From Octopus bimaculoides (lineage: Eukaryota): DNA of 64,000 bases. The notes under the pieces are model-generated. The model searched no databases. It saw nothing but the letters and a program-made list of their open reading frames with translations, and was not told the DNA's origin. Below are positions 12,048 through 24,435 of this stretch, one piece after another. The stretch lies in assembly GCF_001194135.2 (NCBI RefSeq), contig NC_068985.1, positions 20,002,354 through 20,066,353 on the forward strand, written 5' to 3'. Made by a program: the position numbers and the translations under genes. Each line of letters begins with the position of its first letter. Positions within the stretch are counted from its first letter, which is position 1.

Positions 12048-12630
12048 TATGCACACAATAATGTAAATATATGCAGTATCACTTTATACAGTCATTCACT
12101 CACTCAGTTACTCAGTCAGTCACTCGCTCACTCAGTAAGTCAGTCATTCACTCTCTTAATCACGCACTCACATACATATACATACACACATATATTCATA
12201 CATACACGAAGTTAAAGAATTAGAAAAGATAGCGTTATGTTACGCCGATTAAGATGTTCTGGAGAAATTCTATCGTCACATCATAATTATATTAAATAGA
12301 TCAAAGACATTGTTCTGGTAAAAGTGATATTTAACTCTGAAATTGGAGGATATGGATTGGATATTTCCCGATGATATTAGTAGAGTTTGATTAAGCATTT
12401 TACATACGAATTGTATTCAATTTTCAAATATGAAGAAAAAAAAAAATTTTCCTGAATTGGTCCAGAAAAAAAATGTTGCGTATCATCAAGTGTTTCAAGT
12501 AGACCAGCAATTTTAAATAATAGAAAATAAGAGGATCTCCATAATGTATCATTATGACTTCATAACTTCGTATCACTGCGATGACAGATGTTTCAGAACC
12601 GTGACACTGTTTAGTATATTCCATTACGTT

Positions 12631-12826
12631 AAGGTATCGAGCTAGCAGAATCATTAGCAGGTTGGGCAAAATGATTCGCAGTGTTTCGCTCAGTTCAGTT
12701 CTCAGTTCAAATTCTGCCGAGGTCGACTCTGTCTTTTATCTTTTCAGAGTCGATAAAATAACTACCACTTGAACACTGGGGTCGATGTAATCTCGAAATT
12801 ACTGGCCTTGTGCCAAATTTTGAAAC
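12631..12826 (+). mobile_element. SINE family A, diverged
   Basis: gagctagcagaatcattagc...ttcaaattctgccgaggtcgac. Confidence 0.8.
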
Positions 12827-13172
12827 GAATATATTATAACAACCATTTTTGGGTGACAATACAATTCAGTCCCGTATGGATTTTGGTTGTGTCAGCTTAG
12901 CTTCTGATAAAAGTTATAGACTGTTACATCCAGTACTGAATTGTGGAATTGTTTCACATAACCCAATACATTCCACTTTTTATAAGTGACAATACGATTC
13001 AGTTTACACAAATTAAAGTATACTGGACATACATATGGATTTCACTGGACTCTTCCGTTGATAAAAAATCGCTCCAATACACCACGATGTTTGAACTTTT
13101 TTTGAACTTACTGTTTTTCTTATTCTATTTTTCTTTCTCTGTTTTCTCTTAATCCTTACGTTCCATGATTGA

Positions 13173-13355
13173 CCGCTTCCCCAAGAAGTTTTTTTTGTTC
13201 TCTCTCTGTTTATTTCCTCGTGTTACTTTCTGTTGAAGAGCGTAGGCTCGAAACGTAAAAGACTTTCTCACCTTCCCGAGCGTCAAACTAATACACCTGC
13301 TTGTTGTTTATACACCGGTATTTGTCTTTTTTTTCTCTGTGAATTTCAACTATAT
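13173..13355 (+). mobile_element. Penelope-type short element with minimal hammerhead-like motif
   Basis: cttt-CTGTTGA-A-GAGC-gtag-GCTC-GAAA-CG-TA-aaag at 13226-13261. Confidence 0.6.
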
Positions 13356-13767
13356 TTAGTTCGGCAGTTTAGCTTAATATGAAATATACTGGTTATTAAA
13401 TTGAGTACTGGATTATCGACTATCGGTATTTTCATTTCCTGCAACCAGAAGTAGTTACAGAGAACCAATGGATAGTGACGAGAAATATCTGCCGAAGCTT
13501 ATTCGATACTTTTGTGATGAGTTGGCCCAGAACTTCATTTCCTCGGGGATCAATAATGGAGGAGATTTAATCAGCGACATATACTGTTTCAGAAAATCTA
13601 TTTCACACAAGAATAAACTATTTAAGCATTACATAAACTGTTTTCAAATGCTACAATACAACATTGGACATATTGTTTATCATTACATACTGCATTCGCA
13701 TGGCGATAATTCATGAAACATTTTTACAAACGCATCTAATAATCTCAGTTTCATTATCTTATTTCAG

Positions 13768-13848
13768 GGTCGAAAAGCGATTAAGAGTGCTCATCATTTT
13801 TCAGTTTACGGAGAAATAGTTAAATTTGCATGTTTTTATGTCTACCAT
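13768..13848 (+). other. Candidate 81-nt symmetric exon
   Basis: tttcattatcttatttcag|GGT CGA...TAC CAT|gtaagt. Frame 0 is open: GRKAIKSAHHFSVYGEIVKFACFYVYH. No homology recognised. Confidence 0.3.
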
Positions 13849-14329
13849 GTAAGTTTAACAGGCATGCCCATTCACATACATGTATGTATATGCACTGGAA
13901 ACAGCAACAACATATATGTCCTAAATCACCATTCTGTCAACACCTCAAATGTAAAATACTTCCAGCAGAGGCTGGTGGTATCAGATAATGAAACTGAGTT
14001 ACAAGCATTATTTTGGATCACCAAGCCCCCAGAAACAACTGTTGGACTAGTAAAACCCCCTTAATTCCTGATAAATCTAATCTTTCTTTTTACATTTTTA
14101 ATATTTTCTGTGATACACGATCCCTTTTGATCGTTTTTTTCACGATCCCTTTTGATCGGAATTTTATTTTTCTCCTTTTTTTATATTTTCAAAAAGAAAA
14201 GCTCTATATTGTATTATGTCCCATCTGTGTTCGGCCCTGTGTGGCTAATAAAGAAACTTATCTATCTATCTGTTTGTCTGTCTGTCTGTCTGCCGTCCCG
14301 GGTCGACCTTGAGCGACTGTTACACAACC

Positions 14330-15300
14330 AAAGCATTCTATAGGGGATTAGGGGAGGGGGTACGACTACGATCTCGGGGCGAACCTGGGCGTCGACAAGG
14401 AATACCTGACCCGCCTGTTCAAGACGACTTTCGGGCCGGGACCTATGGACAACTTCCAGAGATCTCTGGCCTGGCAGTGCTATCGAGAATCTGTGAGTAT
14501 GCCCTTATACTTCGGACTTGGAGAATGTCTTTGACAAGGTCCTTTGTTGTATGATCTGGTGAAAATTAAGGATGCTAGGGTATACGAAGCCATGCACAGA
14601 GGTGTGTGTAGTTTATAAGCTGAGAGTTAACAGTGAGTTCAGTGACTTGTTTAATATAACCTTACTCTTGTTTATCATAATCTTCCAATTCTTAACAGAG
14701 GAGTTTAATACCTGTTGTCTAACTCGATGCAAAGGACTAAGCTCTTATAACAGAATCCGTAGAAGGGTTGAAGAAATTCGAGACACGGAAATAAAACTTA
14801 GAACTGAAGAGCATTAACGTAAACTTAGTAAAAACTAAAGTTTTAATAAGTGTGAAAGAAGGCAGAGTTTTGCTATAATCAGAGAAATGGTTCTGCTCGA
14901 TGCGCGGAAAAGAATAGGTAGAAAATTCATACAGTTTGCTCAATATAAATAATGGACGCAAGCAAATTCACAAACAGGTTAGCAGAGAAGGTAGATTTCA
15001 AATGGATCAAGTGCACAGAAGTAATAAGTACAAAGAGCACTCAGAAAATAGATTCCCAATTGCCCAAGTGGTTCTGTAGAAGTAGTTGACAGGCAGGTTG
15101 TATAATACTTGCATGCTAGGTGTAATGCTGTATGGCAGTCAGATGTGGGCCTTGAATACAAAAAAATTGTGAAAACTTGAATGATAGGAAGCAAGCAGGC
15201 TACACTGGATGTGCAATATAAGTTCATGAACGTCAGAGTATAAATGAACCAAGAAAAATACTGATGAAATGGATGTAGTGTGCATGGAGAAAAAAATCTT
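14330..15300 (+). pseudogene. Degenerate RTE-clade LINE reverse-transcriptase fragment
   Basis: Remnants with frameshifts: RLRSRGEP...FRAGT.GQL...CEYAL, F.DLENVFDKV (FxDLEKAFDRV), NLELKSINVNLVKTKVLIS, KWFCSM..RIGRNSI, MLYGSQMWAL. Confidence 0.7.
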
Positions 15301-15574
15301 TGATGGTACCGGTATGGGATACTTATTTATCCATCATGCAAGCTTCGCCAAACGTACATTAAAATGGGGGAAATTAAGTTAGTTGAAATATATTCAATAC
15401 ATATCTACATTTGGACTTCACACCTATTTTGTTTCTGCCGAATTTCCATTTGCTGCAGTTTTTATTCTCTTATCTCTGTGTCAAATCTCGCCTATTCACT
15501 GTACCATATCATCCATGAAACCGTTACCACTGACCACTTCTACGACTATCCACCATTCTGTCCATTTGTCTCTG

Positions 15575-15592
15575 TCTGCCTGCCTGCCTGCC

Positions 15593-15660
<68 letters not shown>
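15575..15660. repeat. (TGCC)n(TGTC)n(TC)n microsatellite
   Basis: Directly visible. Confidence 0.9.
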
Positions 15661-15664
<4 letters not shown>

Positions 15665-16273
15665 CCTTTTTCTTGATACCAAACATGTAGCCGCTATTAG
15701 TATTTCCTATTATGATGCCTGAGCAGCGAACGATTGATTTGGATCAATTGGCACTTGATATACCTCCCTATTTGGTACCTTATACTGCCAGCCATCCTTC
15801 AGGTTACATTCTTATTAACATTAATGGCTCTCTATTACCGCCTCAACTATCTATCACTCGTACTCTCTCTTACCAGCCAGCATCACTTCACTCCTCCGTA
15901 TCACTCATTACTGACATCCTTCACAACATCCCAATGCAGCACCATTTCATCTGATTCTACCACGTGGTCAGGCTGGCGCTTATACCACTGTCCTGTTCTG
16001 TTCAGATTATTTTTCATGTTTGTTTTCTTCACGTCTTTCAGTAAAATCTAACCATTTTGTAATGTCTATGTAATGTCCCTTCATCCATCACTTTCTGACA
16101 AAAATATTAATTTCTTATTATTTTCTCGCCGAATTCCAGTGCCTCTTAATTACTACATTACTACTATATGTGTCTGCATATAACCCTTTGAGGTTTTATT
16201 ACAATTTTAGTCATGTTTGTTGGATATAAATTTAAATCTGTATTACTGTTTATATGAATGAATATTAATGTGA

Positions 16274-16488
16274 GGAGTGAGGCGGCGAGCTGGGAGAATC
16301 GTTAACACACCGGGAAAAATGCTTAGCGACATTTCGTTCGTCTTTACGTGCTCAGTTCAGATTCTGCTGAGGTCGACTTTGCCTTTCATTCCAGGGTTGG
16401 TAAAATAAGTTTCAGTTGATTACTGGGGTTCATGTAATCGACTTACTCCTCCCTCGAAATTGTTGGCCTTGTGCCAAAATTTGAAAGA
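16274..16488 (+). mobile_element. SINE family A with 13-bp TSD
   Basis: aatattaatgtga at 16261-16273 and 16489-16501. Confidence 0.85.
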
Positions 16489-17180
16489 AATATTAATGTG
16501 AAGCGTGTGGAGTATCAGCAGGGTTAAGAAATCAAAAAATGTAAGACCAGGCGTGAAACGAGTCGTCCTCGCTATTTCTCTCTCTCTCAAGCCGGTCTTC
16601 ATAGAACGGACGTGTTATTAAATACATTCCATCCGTAACCATCTCGTTTTTTCTACGCTACATTATCCAATATACATATATAGCCTTAGACGTAGTTTGC
16701 TTTAAGACAGTAGAATGTTAATGAATGGAAATTTGGCTGTCATTTCTTAGAAAACGTATGTTCGCATAAAATCTCCCTCGTGTTAATTTGGGTGTGAGTT
16801 TTAATTAATTGGCTACCGCAATCAAAATTTATTACTTTGATCATTAAACATCGCCTGCTCGGTATTATTAGTCTTATGAAGCTTAAATATTACTCGTTGC
16901 TTAACAAAACCTGATATCGATACTTCCTGTGTATTTTTCAAAAACAGCTTCTAATTATCAGACAGAAAACACAATCTGAAAGAGTCTTATTCACTCCTAC
17001 CCACCCATTTTCTCTCAAATAATCTAATAGTTTCCCGAAATTTATATGCTGATTGGCTCAAGACAAATTTAATTAATTTACATTGCTATCGTTTACTCAT
17101 CCATGTAACTCCTGCTTTGCTGCTTGTATTAATTTTCTTTGCATTGTGTATTAAAAAATGATTGCTTGTCATTCTGACAG

Positions 17181-17273
17181 TGAAGTGGGACATTTATTAT
17201 ATCATTTGAATGGGCAGCCATATAATGCAGTTTCGACATATCTGTTTACTGGAATCTTCCCATTCCAAGGAAA
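17181..17273 (+). other. Candidate 93-nt exon or decayed coding fragment
   Basis: cttgtcattctgacag|T GAA GTG...GGA AA|gtaatt. Open frame EVGHLLYHLNGQPYNAVSTYLFTGIFPFQG; the other two frames are closed. Confidence 0.2.
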
Positions 17274-17592
17274 GTAATTTACGCATTCCATCCTGCATCT
17301 TGTTTTGAAAGATTAGTAAATACTCATAAGGAAAAGAATAAGAACACGATATTTTTTTATTTTAGCCATATATATATATAATTTTATTGAACACATTATC
17401 CTCTCAGATTCACACGATTGCAGCGATTCTTCAGTTATTCTAAGTGTTGTAAAAGAACTCGGAATGTTGGGCCTCTAACCAGGCCTTTCGCAACACTTTT
17501 AAAGTAGGAACTTATCAGCAGCTCCTCGTATACATACATATTTATATATGCATTTATATTAACACACACACACACACACACGCACGCACACA

Positions 17593-17648
<56 letters not shown>

Positions 17649-17904
17649 TACCCAGCGCTGTGCGGGTTAATGAGAATAATGAAATTTAAAAACGCCGTCT
17701 AGATGACGCAGGTCTCAACAGCTAGTTGCTGAGACACCAGCTTTCTACATTAATAACTCTCCAACCCATGCCAGTATGGAACATAGACGTTAAGTGAAAT
17801 GTTAAAAGAAAGTTTTCAACTCATATATGTATATAAAGGAAATACTTGTAATTCAAAAACACGTTTTGTGTCGCTTATTTCGTAACCAAAAAAACAAGTA
17901 CAGA

Positions 17905-18111
17905 TTATGAACAATGAAAGGCCGATTTTGGTGATTCATTTGACAGAGGTAGTAGAGAGCCAATCTGATGATAAATCTGACCTTGGATCTTGAAAGTTTG
18001 TATGAATCCTGGCTCAGTTAAATCTCTTCTGGCTCCAAATGATGTCATCTGTAGTGCAGCGTTGTATTGTCTAATTTTGTTGTGGAAGTGCTTGGAATCT
18101 TGGTCAGAGAA
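17905..18111 (-). pseudogene. Helitron Rep N-terminal fragment
   Basis: DSKHFHNKIRQYNAALQMTSFGA...GFIQTFKIQGQIYHQIGSLLP is a characteristic Helitron RepHel segment. Confidence 0.85.
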
Positions 18112-18153
18112 CACATGTACATATAAACGCATATCTACATATATACATATGTG

Positions 18154-18185
<32 letters not shown>

Positions 18186-19119
18186 TGCGTGCATACGTGT
18201 ATGCACGAAGTTGGTAATTTTCTACGTCTCTACTCAGATACTTTCTCATGTTACACTGAATTTTAGGTACCGAACATCAGTCCACGGTGATTATTATGTT
18301 GTTTTTATTGGCTAAACCAGGTGTGGTGGTCGATTTTCTTAGTGTATTTGAAGTTATTGAGAGATTAACACTTTGCTCTCATTGTTCGCAAGGGATACTA
18401 TTACACTAGATAACAACTGTCAGTTTTGATAGAAGGCAACAACAACAAATTATAAAGCCTGAAGCAGTTCTCTTCCCTTAAAGGGAATATTCACCTTCTC
18501 TCGTATCTCTCAATAAACTCTCTCTCTCCACCTCTTTCACTCCTGAAACAGTTGTAGGCCGCAGCAGCAATAGCTCCAAGTCAAAATATCCACGTCTAAT
18601 ATCAACCGTTTGCATTAAAATTTTTCCGTGAAGATATTTTTTCATAAAAGAATATCTCAGCTCTTCCATCTAGGATATTATCTATTGCTGCTAAGAAGTT
18701 GTACACCATGCAATGCCTACGTTGAATCGATTTCCGGTTATGTATGGTTGGCTTCCTCGATAAGACTCCATTTTATTGGAATACTATCGGTTATTCTATT
18801 TTGGGGTTTCTAGATGTATTGGTACCATGATGTAGAGTTAATTGTGTATTTGAGCCTAAAGGCATGTATGTGCTGCATATATCGTGGTTTTAAAAGCTGC
18901 CTCCCCGTCCATGAGAAGCCACTGGCTACACATTGCAGTGCACTTTTGCTCCCCACCAAAGCCGACTCATGCAAACCAAACAATTCGGCATGTACCTATA
19001 TTCCATGAATGCCGACAAATTTCCAACCATTCATTGTTTTATAGCTTCAAGGATCACAAGTCGCGAAAAACCGAGGATCAACGGATTGAACTGTAAGCTA
19101 ATTCACACTCACATACATA

Positions 19120-19213
19120 CATGCATGCATACATAGATACATACATACATACATACATACATACATGCATGCATACATACATACATACATACATACATAC
19201 ATGCATACATAGA

Positions 19214-19247
<34 letters not shown>

Positions 19248-19277
19248 CATAAAAACATACATACATGTATGCATACA

Positions 19278-19356
<79 letters not shown>

Positions 19357-19370
19357 GTCTGTCTGTTGGT
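19120..19370. repeat. (TACA)n/(TCTG)n/(TCTA)n tetranucleotide array
   Basis: Directly visible. Similar arrays occur at 19740-19915, 21115-21250, 25930-26060, 28710-29170 and 37440-37540. Confidence 0.9.
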
Positions 19371-19747
19371 ATATATTTCCGTAGTTTCGTTTATGTAGAC
19401 GAGTATTACAGTGAGTTATATGAACTTAATTTGCGTGTTTAGAGCTTGGCGGCATTGAACGTTGTCGTGCATCAAAGCGCAACACATGACCAGAATACAT
19501 ACTACATATTATCAGAACACACAGCACGTTGACAGAGTGCACGCTACAGGCCTCTCAAGTGTTTGTCCCCAAACCGACTCCTAATGTCATATTCTGATAA
19601 TAATTTCAGTTATTGGACTGCGATCATGTTGGGGTTCCACCCTCGAAAGCTTTAGCCTGATCTTATTGCGATCTGGTACATCTTTTATCGATATTTATTC
19701 GTCAAATTGTAAAATTACACTTTTGACAAACACAGGTACATATCCAG

Positions 19748-19787
<40 letters not shown>

Positions 19788-20479
19788 GCACACACACTCG
19801 TACATACATAATACATATATACATACATACACGTAATACATACATAATACATACATACATACATGCACACACGTGCATACATACATACATACATACATAC
19901 ATACATGCATACAAATATATCAATACAAGGATTATTGGTGGAACATTTCTATCAAAATTTCTACCAATTGCGAACACAACAGACCTGATATAGTTATCTG
20001 AGACATTAAATCGCGTATAATCATGAAGGTCAGTTAACTTGCAGATGTGAACATCTCTTCCAATATCACCAAGAAGTAGGATATTTATGGTCGATTATTC
20101 CGGACTTGCAGCTCGTCTATTACCTTGATTATAAATTCACATTTATAGTAATAATCATTGGCGATCGGATATGTTAGTAAAAAAAAAATCTAAAGGCAAT
20201 CTTGGAAAAGTTAGGATCTCCAGGTAAAGAAAGCGGCTAACACATGCTGAACAGAGACGATCTATGAGTGGAATAGTTAAAATTGGAGAGACTTTTAAAA
20301 TATTTATGTAATTATCATTGTTGTTATCTAAATTCCAGTGAGGAAGATTTTGTTTTTGTTTCCAGGTCCTTCCTGCAAAGAAGAGCAGTGATAGATATAA
20401 AAGTAAAGACATACCAACATATGACCCCTCCCCCCACCACACACACTCACGTATATATATATGTACGCTCATATATTAG

Positions 20480-20654
20480 TTTTAAATTTTGACACAAGGC
20501 TAGCTATTTTAGGGGTGGGGTAAGTCAGTTACATCGACCCGTCTTCACGGCCCCGAAAAGAATGAAAAGAATTTGAACTCAGAACGTAAAGACAGACGAA
20601 ATGCCACTAAGCATTTTACCCGGTGTGCTAACGAGTCTACCAGGTCGTTGCCTT
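20480..20654 (-). mobile_element. SINE family A, diverged and deleted
   Basis: aatttgaactcagaacgtaaagacagacgaaat...gtgtgctaacga. Confidence 0.8.
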
Positions 20655-21165
20655 ATACGTACGCCCACACATTGCCATATTTTCGCTCATTCTTTTCGGC
20701 TTCTTTCATGTTTCGTTACTATTTCCCCTCCCTTCACTTGATCCTTTTAACTCATTATTTCCATGTTACTATATTTGCATCTGTATTCATATTGTTTACG
20801 CAAATCTCATTCCGCTTAAAACACTATTACAAATCTTTTCTTGCCATTTCTTTGTTGCCTGGCAACTCGATGAAAATATGGCAATATTTTTCTAGCTCGC
20901 GGGTTTGAACCTTCTAAAATGCTAAACTTTTCAATTTCCTTTAATTCTCATTCGATCTGAAGTCTTTTGGCGAAAAATAGCAAAATTTATAGCTTCATAT
21001 ATATTTTACTTCTATTTATAGCATTTCGATTATTTTTATAATTTTATTCTAGTTATCTTTTTAACATTTTTCGCTCATTCTTGCATATTTTCTGCTTGTT
21101 TTGGCATAGCACGCCAATACATACGTACATACATACATACGTACATACATACATACATACATACG

Positions 21166-21198
<33 letters not shown>

Positions 21199-21261
21199 TA
21201 CATACATACATGCATACACGCACATACATACACACATATATACATAATATAAATAATATGT

Positions 21262-21461
21262 AACCACATGTGAATCGTTGGCGATTTTTTTCCTCCGCCT
21301 TCATTTTCTCTTGGACTTTTCTCTGTCTCCTGTTTCTGAAGAAGAGCTTCGCTCGAAAATCAAAACCGCCTTTCTTTCCTTCCCTGAGCGTCTGCTAATG
21401 TTTTGCATGTACCACGTCTTTGTGTTGTTGTTTCTTTCTTGTGTTTGTTCTTCGTTTTTTT

Positions 21462-21465
<4 letters not shown>
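21262..21465 (+). mobile_element. Second Penelope-type short family with hammerhead-like core
   Basis: gttt-CTGAAGA-A-GAGC-ttc-GCTC-GAAA at 21332-21358. Ends in (TA)n. Confidence 0.55.
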
Positions 21466-21502
<37 letters not shown>

Positions 21503-21506
21503 TATA

Positions 21507-22417
21507 GGACGTCACCAACTGTGTAAACAAACGAGTTAAATACGCAAACAATGAGAGGAAAAAATGGAATACATGACAAGTAACACAAAGAACGACCCTT
21601 TATCAGTTGTTGGCTGTCTATCTACCCCCCCCCCCATTTCAANNNNNNNNNNNNNNNNNNNNNNNNNNNNNNNNNNNNNNNNNNNNTCTTTGAAGACAGT
21701 TGCTCCCAGAAATTCCAAAAGAAAATTTTGGTTTTATGGACGGTCAAAGTTAGGAACAAAAATAGGACCGTGGAGACATACAAGGAAGCCGAACGAAAAT
21801 AAAAATGGTGGTGGTGCGGAGGTCGTTAGATCAGAACGAGAGGAAAATAGTGAATGCTAGGAGAAATATTTTCTTTGAAAAGAGAAAAGATAAAAGACGT
21901 CCAGTCCTTAGAACGTCGTGCAGGAAAAGATGTTCACGTGAGGAAAAGAAAGATGGACGATGGTCACGTGTGAACAAAGAGAGAGAGAAAGAGAGAAAGA
22001 GAAATAGAAAGAGGGAAAGAGAGAGAAGATAGAAAACGGTGAAGGGGAGAAAAACGGAATTAGAGAAGGATGGGGGAGAAAACAGTATAGAGTAGAGTCG
22101 CATCAAAAAGGTTAAGATAAACTTACTTGGAAATGGATGCGTGGCGTTCAATTAAATAATAATAGAAATAATAATATATATGTATATATGGGGACAGGAC
22201 ATCACCAACTGTGTAAACAACATGAAGTACGAAAACAAACGAGTTAAATACGCAAGCAATGAGAGAAAAATGGAAGACAGAATAAGTAACACAAAGAAGG
22301 ACCCTTCATCAGTTGTCGGCTGTCTATCTACTCCTCGTTTCGAGGATTCAGCGATAATATGAGTCTTCGAAGACAATTGCTTCCATAAATTCCAAGATAA
22401 AATTTTGGGTTTATGGA
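21507..22417 (-). mobile_element. Element bounded by ~220-bp direct repeats (21507-21740 and 22197-22417)
   Basis: ggac.tcaccaactgtgtaaac...cagttgt.ggctgtctatctac...tttatgga occurs twice around a 456-bp spacer. The first copy contains an N gap. Confidence 0.75.
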
Positions 22418-22420
22418 GTG

Positions 22421-22451
<31 letters not shown>

Positions 22452-23348
22452 CATACATACATACAAATATGCATACATGAAAAATATGTGTGTATGTATT
22501 TATGTATGTAAGCTAGTAGCGACATTTGGGATATTAGATTGAACACTTGAACATGGCCATCGAAAGTATGGAGATAACATCTATGTTAAATAGAGAGATG
22601 GAAGCAGAGAATATTTACGGAAGAATAAAAGAAGAAACGAATATGTGTTCTCAACAATGATATAAGGAAAGTAGGTGGAGAACTCCTTAATAGGTATCAA
22701 GTGTACAACGATCCTATGAAAGCTAAGGGTAGCTGGACAGAACGACATAAACAGGAACTTTGGGGGAACCACGCATCACGTCTGCAGAAAGTTATACATG
22801 GATACGTATCCCGTATATCAAATAAATTAGAATATAACAAAATATTGATAGGAAGATTATTAGCCTCTCTTGGATCTGTTATAAATTCATCTTATCCTAT
22901 TTTGAAGGATACGCCTTTGCTATCCAAAAACAGGAAATAGCTACTAAATACTCCAGATAAAGGTGTTCTCGAATCATTACGTTGTTATAGGAAATGTCGA
23001 TATCTTCATACCAGCGTGGGAGATATCATCAATATCATCAATAGATGTTAAAAATGTCTGCAAGGAACTACTTTTTTTATGAGTTATTACGTTGTTGCCA
23101 ATAGCGTTCACCATAAAATCCGTAGAACGGATTGTCCTGACTGTTATACCAATAGATGACCAAAGTCAGAATGTATCCGCACCCTTAGAAATTAGGAACA
23201 TTATTGCAACAATCCAATAAAAATCACAGCCCGATACAAATGGTAACAAATCTTTCATAACGAAAGTGATTCACTGGTGTAGAAGTCATATTTTTAGTGA
23301 ATGTGAATGTATCATGTAAAAATGATGGTGAAATGAAATGGAACTTAC

Positions 23349-23407
23349 AGCTTTTGCGACCGAGTTATAGATTTTCATCTTGTCCATCTTATCATAGGAG
23401 CACAGAG
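23349..23407 (-). other. Candidate 59-nt exon
   Basis: ctgttattatttag|CT CTG TGC...AAA GCT|gtaagt. One open frame: LCSYDKMDKMKIYNSVAKA. Confidence 0.3.
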
Positions 23408-24261
23408 CTAAATAATAACAGAGTTATATAAAAGACATGCTGGGTTTTCTAAGTAAAGACAAAATAACTCATCATATGCCATTAAATTACTTCCAAAACA
23501 TGTGATGCTTCGGAGAATATTTACTATTGGAAATAATAATTATTTGAATTTCTACATTCATTCAGGTTTTAAGCCAAACATTTCCATTACAAATTTACCA
23601 TTTTTTGATGTTTGTGTCGTCTAAATGATGTGTTGCTGGGAAACTTATGTTTCTGTTTCGGAAGTTTGTATAGTAATATCATAGTTATGTCATGCAATGC
23701 AGATTTCTATCTATGAAAGTATTTATGTTTACCACTTTGATCTGACAAAGCGTAAACTGTAACACACTGTAAAACTGAACCGTTTTTACTTCCATGCTTA
23801 GAACAATGTTTTTGTTTCACAAATCACGTTGCAAGAGGTTTTATTACGTTTTGTTTACAGCCAAGTTCTGATGAATGTAAATGTTAAGCAAAATATTGTA
23901 GATCTAACGTAAGATTTGAATTGTTTCAATTGTGTTCCAGGATTTACTTGTAAACAAAATGGAATATAAAATGTAAAAAATACGTGATTTGTAAATCAAA
24001 ACATTATTCTACGCATGGGAGCAAAAATGATTTGATTTTACGATATATCACAATCTATGCCTCATTTTCAGGTCATGTTATATTAGTTACCTTGTATTGA
24101 TTTATACCACAGTGACATGTAATGTAATATGTCGATATTCTTAGTTTTTGCATGAATCCAGACACTTGTGTAATACCAACTCTTCTACTAAATTAATAAT
24201 TTCAATTAAGATCGAACCCCCCCCCCCCATTTATATACTGCTATCAAAATCAACAACTAAT

Positions 24262-24435
24262 ATTCTTTCTATTATGGGCATAAGACCTGGAATCTATTTG
24301 ATTACATCGACCCCAGTGTTTACTGACCCGAAAGGATGCAAGGCAAAGTAGACCTCGGCAGAATTTGAACCCAAAACATAAAGACGGACGAAATAATGTC
24401 AAGCGTGTTAGCGATTCTGCCAGCTTGCGGCCTAA
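24262..24435 (-). mobile_element. SINE family A
   Basis: ggatgcaaggcaaagtagacctcggcagaatttgaac. Confidence 0.8.

Noticed and set aside
18455-18560. gaaacagttgta preceded by ctgaagc and aagggaatattc, hammerhead-like pieces
   Set aside because: The core is not CUGANGA, and stems I and II cannot be formed.
22950-23310. Possible second Merlin fragment on the minus strand
   Set aside because: Only vague similarity (VNHF, FLADIF); no diagnostic motif.
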